Positions 38,089 through 48,437 of a DNA stretch of 64,000 nucleotides are shown here, in pieces (the stretch's first letter is position 1; each line of letters begins with the position of its first letter). The stretch covers positions 1 through 64,000 of the forward strand of contig JAHLWZ010000870.1 of the NCBI GenBank assembly GCA_020536535.1, given 5' to 3'. The translations under genes and the position numbers were made by a program. The stretch comes from Pelomyxa schiedti. Taxonomy: Eukaryota > Protista > Evosea. The notes beneath the pieces were generated by a model. That model saw only the letters and a program-made list of their open reading frames with translations. It was not told where the DNA came from and did not search any database.

Positions 38089-38683
38089 GAGCTCGCTGTT
38101 GCCGCATTCGTGGCATCGCAACTGGAAGAAGGAGAAGGGGGAGGGGGAGGGGGCGAAGCGGCAGGCGGGGCGGCTGCGAGGCGCGAGAGCAGGGGGGACT
38201 CGGCCGGGGACGCCGCGAGGATGCAGCCCATGTCGGGCTCGTCGAGCCACACGAACCGCGAGNNNNNNNNNNNNNNNNNNNNNNNNNNNNNNNNNNNNNN
38301 NNNNNNNNNNNNNNNNNNNNNNNNNNNNNNNNNNNNNNNNNNNNNNNNNNNNNNNNNNNNNNAGGGGGAGGGGGCGAAGCGGCAGGCGGGGCGGCTGCGA
38401 GGCGCGAGAGCAGGGGGGACTCGGCCGGGGACGCCGCGAGGATGCAGCCCATGTCGGGCTCGTCGAGCCACACGAACCGCGAGGGCGTGGTCACCCCGCG
38501 GAGGTGGGGGTCGACCGACGAGACGGAGAAGGCCAGGCGGTACCTCTGCTGCACGTAGTGTCCCATAAGCGAGTCCGGCACCCCCGCCGCCTTGCCCGCG
38601 TCCACCAGCCCGCTGATCAGCGGGTGCGTGAATTGAGCCTGTGGCCGTCTGGTCGTCGGCTGCTCTCGTGTTTCGGTTGACAT
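36909..38683 (-). CDS. Cdc123/D123-like (R2K clade) ATP-grasp protein ending in CaaX
   Basis: AFVKLDSRSPKD, EFRAWVKGNKLTAVSQY, YIVDL, VIELNSY..TGACLFSW; ends WCLIS-stop. Likely start MSTETREQ at 38683; spans an N-gap. Confidence 0.8.
38023..38088 (+). repeat. (GTT)n trinucleotide repeat encoding poly-Thr on the minus strand
   Basis: About 22 tandem GTT units inside the Cdc123-like CDS. Confidence 0.9.
38263..38362. other. Assembly gap flanked by duplicated sequence
   Basis: 100 N; about 120 nt left of the gap recur almost identically right of it. Confidence 0.9.
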
Positions 38684-39228
38684 GGTTTTTGTTTGTTCGA
38701 AAAATGAACATTTCAGTTTCCACAAAAAGATTAATACACCGATTTGATGAACCAACAGTACGAGAACGAGGAGTCAGAACAAGGCGTTGGGGCACGTGAC
38801 CTGTGCGGGAGGCTCGTGGATTCCGCCATGGGGGAAGCCTGGGTGACGTGACGTGCTTTGTCTCAGTTTTGCTGCTATCTCTCAGAAGTTCTGTGGAGTG
38901 CTTCAGTTCCCCCAAGTTAAATATCAGCTGGTGACACAGTTCCATCTTCTGGCGGAACACCCCAATTTGAACAAGAATTTGGTGCTCTACGATGAACAAA
39001 ATTGAATTTTGGATCGTCAATGGCTTTGTTCAAGTATTCCCATCTCTCTTCATAATTCCTTCCTTCTCTCTCCACCAATATCCTTTTAGCTGGAATGTAA
39101 CTTTATTTACAATGTAAACTAAAGTCCGTGGTAAACTCGCCAAAAACAACGTTCGAAAAAATCTGCACGCCTTCCACTGCGGCAGCAAATTGGTGTTTTT
39201 TTTGTGGTAATGTGATGAAGGCAATAGA

Positions 39229-42200
39229 TTAGGGTGACTTTGTGGCCTGAATGAAGGAATTTGCGGCATCGAGGATGTGTTGCCTCTTGGAGGGGACGTC
39301 AGTTAGGGAAGATGATGATAGTACTGTGCCTATCCATCGCTGGGCTTTGTTGGAGAGGAGAAGCCACTGCGTTTGCTGAAGTGGGAAGCGCTGCGCGAAG
39401 ATAGATATGGCTGTGGCGGTGGCCCATACTTCCTTGGCAAGAGAGGGGTCCGGAACCCACTCGCTGAGTTGCGGTGGGATGGATTTGTAGAAGTTGTCCA
39501 TGTCTAGTTGCAGCACCTGGCCAAACTGCGCCGAGGGTATCCATGACCCATTGGCAGTTTGCAATAATATCTTTTTGTTTGTTGTTAGTGCGGTTTATTT
39601 AAGGTGTTTTTAATGGAGTGCATAGAGTACCAACTGCTCAAGGGGCCCAGAGTGCGCCAATGAGGTCACTTTGGGGGTTACAGAACTCAAGGGCTTCACG
39701 GATGTTATACTCGGAGGAGGGATATGTGGTGCTGAGGGAACAACAGATGCTGGCGGGACTTCGGAGGTGGGGAGATTCGAGCGCAAGTTTACACCCGTTT
39801 TAACCACTGATCCACTCATGATGTCAGCAAGAGAAGTCTTCCCAACACCCATATTCCCCAAGAAAATCACTGCACGTATTTCATTTTGAATAAATGGAGA
39901 TTGACAGAACCTTTCAGATCAGAACCCGGATACTCAGACGAAAAGTCTACAAGAATTTAGTTGTAATTAGATAAATGAAGCTTACTGGGAAAAAAGGCCT
40001 GTATAGCCTCTTTTAGGTTACTCAAAGTTTTGACGGACACCTCAAATATCAGAGCTTTGTACTTTTCACTTAGAGTTGCAGCTTCTTGATGGGAAACCTA
40101 TAAAAAAGTAAGGTAACCAATCCAATAGTGTCGTGTTAAGAAAACCTCTCGGTTGCCAATGAGGTCTAGTTTATTCCCAAGAATAAGGAATGACACCTTT
40201 GTTTGCACTGTGGACATCACACTCTTTATCCACAATTCAGCTGCAGTAAAGCTCTCTCTAGAGGTAATGGAATACCTTTAAAACAGAATTACCTACAGGT
40301 TTCGCAAGTATATGGGATAAAACATGACTATGGCCCCCTGTGCTCCCTGAGATAATGTGAAAAATATTGAACAACTGTGGAGCAAAGAGGAATTACCCTG
40401 TAGTACATTGGAGCCAGTGCCCCATAGCGCTCTGTGGAAGGAAAGTGAGTACCCCGCAAAGGAGTTCTAAATACCTTGGCCTGCAGTATCCCATAGTTGT
40501 ACAGTACGGTCAATTCCATTAGACTGCAAGTTCATGGTATGGAAGTTGGCCCCAACAGTACACTTACAGCTTTCAGCAAATGTCCTCCTTCCGAATTGGA
40601 CTGACACGTCAGAGTTTTGTGCTACCTCCTCAGGTTGTATTGAACTTGGAACACTGGGTGATCGCGAGAAAAGCGAAAATGAAGGAAAGGATGGCAGCAT
40701 GTTCCGTAACGAGTCAAAGAAGGAGCCACCAGAGTATCTTGAGGCAGAGGCAAGTTCTGATGTACCCATGCTTACATTGCACGCTGCTGCTGAAACGTGG
40801 CCATTTAAACATTCAATCGCTGCGGACTGCTCCTGGACCATGCTATTCATGTCTTGCATGGCTTGTTGTAAAGTTTCAATGTCCTCTTTTTTTTCGTTTG
40901 AGTGATAGTGGAGCTTGAATGAAGATACTCTGTAAGCTCTCAATACTCTCGTCTTCCGTTGGTGGGGACTTCACTGCATTACATGCAACCAAGTTCATGG
41001 AACCTGTAGAAATCACACATGACATACAAAAGAATAGGAAAACCTGAGACTGGTGTTTCTTGTTTCTGTACAGCAACAAAGCTTGTTTCAGAACTCAGTA
41101 AACTGTATCTAGGAATAATAGTGATACCAAAAAGAGAATGTAAGGCTCCAACCTTAGAGCAATTTGAGTTATTTCCTCGGAATTACGGGGAGATGCCAAT
41201 TCAAGAGCTCTGGAAAGGATAATGAAATTACAAAGAAAGTTAGCAGAATTATACTTTATTCTCGATTTTGCAGCAAGGCGGGCAACCACATGCTCATCTT
41301 GCGCCGGGTGTGTGCCCAACCTTCAAAGACAATAAAAATTGATGGAATAAGGGGATATGGGACATGCGTGATCTTGTGATCGTAAGAGCGAGAGTGGGCA
41401 CTTGTGGTGTGCACCCTGACAACAACTGTATCTGGTACTGTGGCACCAGTGGGAAATATCCCATAGCCTTTCTCCCATAAGATTTTGTTTCCATATCTAG
41501 AAGAAATACATATAACAAGGTCTCCATAGGAAGAAGCCATTTCTTCTGGTACCTGGATGACACCTGGGACCCCCCAAAGTATTTCCACTTTGATAATCAT
41601 CGGCTATGAGAGTGTGTCAAGGTGGTGCTGGACAAAGTCAATGAAACCTGCAAGCAAAACTTCAACTGGAGCATAACTTTCTCTTCAATCACTTCTTCAG
41701 ATGACACAAATTCTGCCTGGGCCGGCAAATGGTAAGGTACACCCAAACCAAAATGAAACCTTTCCATGTCCAATACTGGCCAAACCTAAGTTTTTCAATG
41801 GTCAAAAATCTGAAAACACAATAGAAATTCACAACCAGTCATCAGAGTGGCACTGGCATCAGCCCCAATGCCGAAGGTGAATATTCGGCTGTCTCCTTCA
41901 ATGTTGTGAGAAGAGTAAAGATTCTTACTACACACCACAATGTTGATAAGCATAGTGAAGTAATTCACTCTCAGGGCACTCTCCATCTGTCTAACCAACG
42001 AATTAAAAATACTCAACCTAAAAGAGAGAAGACCAAGACAAAAATTTGACGAGGGAAAGTTGGGTGACGCTTTGATCCAAAAATAAACTTAAGAGGTGAC
42101 AAAAGGTCTGTACCACCCATGTCAGCACTCATGCTGTCAATGTGAGAACATGCTTTAGCAAAACTTTTTTTTTTTTTGATCAGTAGGGTGCTGGTGAATT

Positions 42201-43536
42201 CATCAACTTTGTATCATTATATCTCTGAGAATCCGAGAATAGAGGTTTATACTGTGACCCAAATCCAATAACTATTAAAAATGGGAAAAACTTAGGCTAA
42301 ATCTGAGCCTACCATTAAAAAGAGAGCCAACTGGCAAACTCCGTAAAAAAATTTGCAGGGCATTTTTGGCTTGGTTCATCCTAAAAGAAAGGTTATTGTA
42401 TCCTTTAGGTAGAGGATTACTTAGATCCTGCCATACTTCCACTCTGATCCACAATAAATACGATTTCACTCAGAGATTCATCATCAAGACTTCCTTCAAT
42501 GTCATGCAAAAAATGAACAACAGCAGTGTGGTTCCCATCAGGGTCCTGAAAGTGATCATTACGTATTTCCACAAAAAAACATAGACATACTATTTCCAGA
42601 AAAGCAGATGAAGGCACATCCATATGTGCAAAAAGAGCCAAATACTTTTTTAACTTGGCTAATGTGAGATTCTACGAATTATGGCTTCTGAAGAAACGAC
42701 CTTATTACAACTAAAGGAGACCCTAGCAGAATTTCCCGAAATGGAGGGTATAACAGAAATGTCTTGATTAAATGTAATTGCCTGGATACTGGTTGCCATA
42801 TTCAGTCTTATATCAGCAGAGAACCTTGCAGTGGGCCCCTAGGTAGTGTGAAAGGGATGCAGGGAGTAAGGTGAAAACAGGAAGTTTGTGTGTCCAAGGA
42901 AAGACGAGTTTCATTCTGCCACCAGCTGCTTGTAGTTCAGTGACATATTTGAACCACACTTTGCAGCTAGATCCTGCTGGAAACCTGCCAATGCTGAGGC
43001 TGATAACACCCTGTTATTTAATGAGACAGCACTTCTCTTGTCTTGTAAAAGAGAAATACATTGGTACTCTGTTCCATTAACACAGCTGTATGCCCAGCAG
43101 AAACAGCATCATCATATGTGTTTACTGCCTAATTTGAAATAGTTAAAAAAAAAATAGAATGGAAGACTTCAAATGCAAACTTTTTCCCGAGCCTTGCACT
43201 GTGCCACAATTATGGGCTGATCAGCAACTTGCACTTCCACATGATACAGTGCACTTCGAGACTCCTGCCAAAATTGATACCTGTTTGACAGAAAGCGCCA
43301 ATTCAGAAAGTCAAACCCAAAAAAAAGCCCCTCGCTCACTTGGCTTCAATGTCCAACGCCGTGTCATTTACGAAACGTTGCTCCACACAGCACAACGCCG
43401 TAGCTCCCCTAATTTCACAAACAAGGCTCGACTCGGCCAACGGGAAAAACGAACGTTGGTTGGTGTTAGATCTCAGACCAGACACTTCCAACGGCAGATC
43501 CGTGTCGTACGCCTCGGAACCCTGCCTGCCAAACAT
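39229..43536 (-). CDS. VIT-VWA (VWA5A-like) protein with inserted Qa-SNARE motif and circularly permuted Rab5-like GTPase domain
   Basis: VIT: VEQRFVND..IEAK|YQF, NTYDDAVSAGHTAVLMEQ. VWA: EIVFIVDQSGSMAG, ADMGGTDL, FVL|TDGE, RIFTFGIG. VWA5A-type C-terminus: LQTANGSW...WATATAI...KAQRWI. The insert lies at ~39810-40955. Confidence 0.88.
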
Positions 43537-43786
43537 TTTGTGATTGTCCCTTCACCAACGAAAAGAGGAATATCTGTATCTCGAATGCACATCGCGCATT
43601 CAAACTAATGCTCATGGCTAGGAAGCTTTGTACGACCAGCGGTGGGACCCTTCCCCCCACTGTACCAGTGATCATCAGATCGCTAAACTGGTTCAGCAAA
43701 ATTTCCTTTCGGTGAACCAGTTTATTTTGCCGTGAAAAACCAGAAGCGGAACGCCACAGAAAAAAAAAAAAAAAAACCGGCAAGAG

Positions 43787-46577
43787 ATGGGGGACAGGGA
43801 AGACGCATCGCCGCTTGTTATCAACTCGAGAAGGGAAAAGAAGCAAAGAAACACGATGATGTTGGTAGTTGCTACAATCGGTGCCGTGTCAGTGATCATG
43901 ATCACCGCTCTCGCCATCGGCTTCGCTGTTAGCGACGTGGTTCTCAAACAAGAAGTACGTGCCTGTGCCTGTTCGTTTCGTCATTGTGGGTCGGTCGTTT
44001 GAGGTCTTGCTGATCTTCAACTCACTCCGCGATCTTCACAAGATTAACGACATTGGGACTGTGCAAGAGACCATTCCTTCATCTTACGGTGTGCCTTTTT
44101 ACGCCATTACACCTGTCAAAGATCAAGGACACCGTGGGACGTGGTACTGCGAGATCTCTTTTATATTTTGTTGAGATTGCTAATTGTAATACTAGTTGGG
44201 CTTTTGCAACAATAGGTCTGTTGGAGGCACAGTATAGGGCTTATGGGTTAGTTTCTTCTTGTTCGTAAAAAAAAGTCACAAAAAAAAGTTATCTCGCTGG
44301 TTTGCTTGATGATGACGAATATGTGAGCTTCTCTGAGCAAGCTTGTATATAAGTTTTGTCTATTTCCTTCAAGTAACTACTTAAGATGCCTTGGGGGTAA
44401 CGGAATATTGCACTCAACACCTAGACGATCCTTACTGTTTTGGTGGTCCGCCAACGGTATTTCTCTTTGAATTACTGGAAGTTCACTCCGTTTCAGAACG
44501 ATACAAGTGATGGTGAAATTGAATGGCTGTATTACATGCGCAACTACGAAAACGTAGCCAAAGTTATACCTTACACACTATGCCCCTATTACATTGATGA
44601 AGTTGACCAATATAACTGCCCCAACCGGGAGGAAAACGTTGCAAATACAGCTCTTTCCTTCACAGTCAATTCCATCGGTATAAAACTTCCCCTTAGTACC
44701 GAATTATTTTGAACTCCATCAGAATCCGCCTACACAATCTCTGGCATGAAATCTCTGTTGTACAAATATAAACTCCCTGTTGGTTGGTCCCATGCAGTTT
44801 TTGAAAGGTTTTTTCTTTTAAATGATGGGGGAGTAACCAAGTTAGAACATACACTCTCCCTTGTGATGATCCACAGTCCTATCTGTATGCCACATCTCAG
44901 TGCATAGGTCTCACGTTTTGAGGCACCGTTTTGAAGATAACTAAATGTAGAGTGTTCACACCCATGTACCACCAGTGGTGATGGCTGCTGTGCACAACTC
45001 ATCATTCCTGGTTACACAACCGAAGGTAACGTGCAAGAAAAAAAAAACCTTATTGATGCTCTTTAGGGATTTTTCAGCTGGAAAATCAAGCTTATCAATC
45101 TGGAGGCCATGCAATGCTACTGGTTGATTCTTGCCCACTTTCATTTATTTGTATAAGGTGGGCTGGAATGATGAATATAGAGTGGATCGTGGACTTTTTG
45201 GCCAACTGAATCAATTCACCACTGGTAGTTTACTGTTTCTACGCCTTTTTCCTTACTCTTAATTATAGGAGGGTTCATTTTAAAGAATTCGTGGAATGCT
45301 GCCCTTGGACATACTATTGAGTATCCATATTCCTTCGAGTTTTCCTTATCCTTAGATTGTGATAGATACTGGCTTCAAGGGCACTCTATTCTTGAAGAAG
45401 ATTTGATATGCCCGTGCACTAAGAGTTCGCTCAAATGGCTCCCTGTACATACATCTTCCGTACTAAAGTTTTCTCTCATTTCTACTTCTAGGCAAATGCA
45501 ACTTGCATGATGCAAAATCCCGACCCCATCTATTGCAGTAACGGGGCAGAGAAACATGCTCGGAATGTTACTCTGAAGGGTGCAACTGTGCTCAAGTGCT
45601 CTGATAATGGTTTGACTTTTTCCCTTTGCTTGGTTCTGTACATAACAAACATTCAGCACTGACTTCTCTTGGAGCTCAGTACGGCTTTTCAAATTGTAAT
45701 GCTAGTAGACTGTATACTCTGGCACTAGTTCCATACGTCCCGGAGTTGAAGTATCAACCTAGCGGAGTTTGGACAGAGGTACCGGCGGTCTCTGATGTAT
45801 GTATGGTGCACTTGGTTTACACACTAAAGATTGAACAGGGTACACTCCACTTTTACTTGGTTGAATGGGATCCCCTCACATTGTCCACTTCAATAGTGAA
45901 AACTAACGCAACCACTTGGTACAGCCCAATTCCTTATTTGTATTGGCTATATCCAAATGCCACACCAGGTGGGGAATCGAGAAGTTATTCATCCCAGTCG
46001 AATACGTTGAGAACGATCCTAGATGTGGGTTTTTCTTCTGGCCATATGAGACCCTAACTGAAGGTACCATTCGGTACCCCGTTGGCGGCCATGACACTCC
46101 AAGCGTTTCCGCTATAAAAGTAACTGTATGTACCAACTACTTCCTCACTAGCCTTTAACCTCTATTCCTTCAGTGGTCCAAGTCAAGCTACCTTGCTGGT
46201 TCACGAACTGCAGGGAAAGACTATGACAGTGTCTCTGACTCTACATATTCTTCCAAGCAAATCATGTATGAATTTCGCAACTGTCACTTTTNNNNNNNNN
46301 NNNNNNNNNNNNNNNNNNNNNNNNNNNNNNNNNNNNNNNNNNNNNNNNNNNNNNNNNNNNNNNNNNNNNNNNNNNNNNNNNNNNNNNNNNNCAGTGGTCC
46401 AAGTCAAGCTACCTTGCTGGTTCACGAACTGCAGGGAAAGACTATGACAGTGTCTCTGACTCTACATATTCTTCCAAGCAAATCATGTATGAATTTCGCA
46501 ACTGTCACTTTTCCTCACCACAGACATTCAGCTTCCATGGTCCATTCGACTTTGATTGGGCAACACACAACCAGTAA
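43787..46577 (+). CDS. Membrane-anchored papain-family (C1A) cysteine protease, Entamoeba CP-C type
   Basis: N-terminal TM anchor; VKDQGHRGTC|WAFATIG, GGHAMLL|VGWND, ILKNSW; HSILEEDLICP = HS-x6-ICP. Confidence 0.88.
46292..46391. other. Assembly gap flanked by duplicated sequence
   Basis: 100 N; 46171-46291 repeats at ~46392-46512. Confidence 0.9.
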
Positions 46578-46729
46578 CCACCAACAAAAAAAGCAAACAT
46601 CCCTGTACCCTTACATAAGAGAAAGAAATTTGGTTTTTTTTAAGGTCCCAGTTTATTCCCACACCGTGACAATAGTCACAGGGAGAAGATTAAGTAACGT
46701 GAGATAGTGACTGTTCTGTGAGAGGTGTC

Positions 46730-48206
46730 TTATTCTGACTTCCTTTTTGCGTCATTTTTTTTGGCAAGATCTTGGGCTGTTGGTGGAACAAAGAATGCTC
46801 TTATGTTCAAGAAGCTAGTCATCTGCCACACTATAAGAGTACCAAACATGAGCTCTTGGGCAAGTGTCACAATAAATACAAGCCACAGAATAGTGGTATG
46901 GTGCTGAGCCAGGCAGGGTAGTGCGGAAAGTGGTAATAGTAAATACACGTCAAGGATGTGATACCACAGTTTTACACCTTCTTTGGCCAGATGTTGCACC
47001 AGCAACCGCTGTTGGAGGTAGGCAAACACAATTGTAATAGTCGCAAATACAATGTATGGGCTTTCCACTAAGACATATGGTGCAAGTAGAAGCCACAAAA
47101 CTGTGGTTCCCATAAAGAAGCCAAATGGAAAGAGGACAAAGAAGGCTCTGAGAATATTGGCATCTGAGGTGAAGACACTACGGATACTCTGAAGAGTTGC
47201 CAAGCTGGGCCCAATAGATGCAAAAACTTTTTAAGGTTACTGTTTTTCCAGGTCTTTTATTGATTTCATTTTACATAAAATCTGGGAGTGATATTTAAGA
47301 GAAAGCTTACTCCAAAAGATTGTTCCAAGGCTGATCTTATGAAATAAACGCAGTTCCCATACACTTTCGCCAAAAATAGCTGAAATTAGTTCGGTGGCAA
47401 TAAGGGCAAGTTGGGACTATATTCCAGTTAGAAGGACGAAAGTTCCAAAGGAAACGAACCTCAACAATTGGAGTTAACTGAGAGAAATAGGTGAGACTGG
47501 TGTGGTAGGCTTCCCAATGGCAAGCGTAGAAACAGATAAGGCTTATCAAAAACATGGGAACTGAAAGCCACATTCTAGAAGGAACCGCACACATGAGAGG
47601 AACCAAAATCAGTCCCATAACTGGCGGATCGCACTTAGTTCGGATTGCAGTAGGACATCCGGCATACCAATAGCATCCAGGCCGTGGTCGAATAATTCAC
47701 CAAGAGGGGAGCTTGTTCCAGTTCGGCGAGCTTGCTTGCCATCTACATTGTCAAATAGTTGATACAAAAACACCCCAATTGCACTGTAAGTCACTCAGAA
47801 GGACAGAAGCCAATTATGAGGAAAAACCTCAAAATGTGAACCCAAAAGAGACTTCGGTGGCATTGCACGCCAGGGCACAAGAACGCGCACAATAGGTACG
47901 ACGCAACAACAGACAGCATAGCCGCCGCAGTGATTAAATTCGGAGCCACCCACCATGGCGTAACACCAGTCGCCCACTCCCACAAAGGTGTCATGGCGTC
48001 ACACATTGGTGTACTCCCTCCCACTCTATAACGGTAATTCTACGTTGTTTGTTGTAAGCTCACAACAAAAGCTAAACTAAAAAAAAACAAACCTTCAAGG
48101 CGGCAACACCCGAATTGCTTATGTAGTAGTACCACGGAATGACTGTGTGTGGGACATAGATCTTATTGGCGTTCTGTTCGCTCGACGTGTGCCCCCCTCC
48201 CTTCAT
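46730..48206 (-). CDS. Choline/ethanolamine phosphotransferase (CDP-alcohol phosphotransferase)
   Basis: [10 protein letters not shown]; [26 protein letters not shown]; CHWEAYHT; basic ER-retrieval-like C-terminus AKRKSE. Confidence 0.92.
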
Positions 48207-48437
48207 TCTCGCGATCTGTCACTCACGGTTTTATTTTCTTTTTTTTTTACGAGTAACTGGGTTGTCAACGTTTACTTTTTGCGTTGACAACTGAAAAAGT
48301 TCTGACTCACATCAGGCAGGTGGTTGATATCAGCTACGTTGACATCCAAGATCTCGATCTCTCCTTGTCCTTTCTTATTTCCATCCGTTTTCCAATTTTC
48401 TATTCCACGTTTCCAACTGTACATGTTTGCAATTGTG

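Noticed and set aside
38139-38482. ~120-bp direct repeats flanking an N-gap (also 46171-46512), resembling LTRs or a duplication
   Set aside because: Both flank exactly 100 N, and collapsing them restores a single frame: unmerged contig overlaps.
38684-39020. 5' extension of the 703-aa ORF 36909-39020
   Set aside because: Frame artefact through the gap; the matching frame starts at ATG 38683.
46730-47203. Possible selenoprotein (SELENOI-like) C-terminus
   Set aside because: No in-frame UGA; the ORF ends at TAA.
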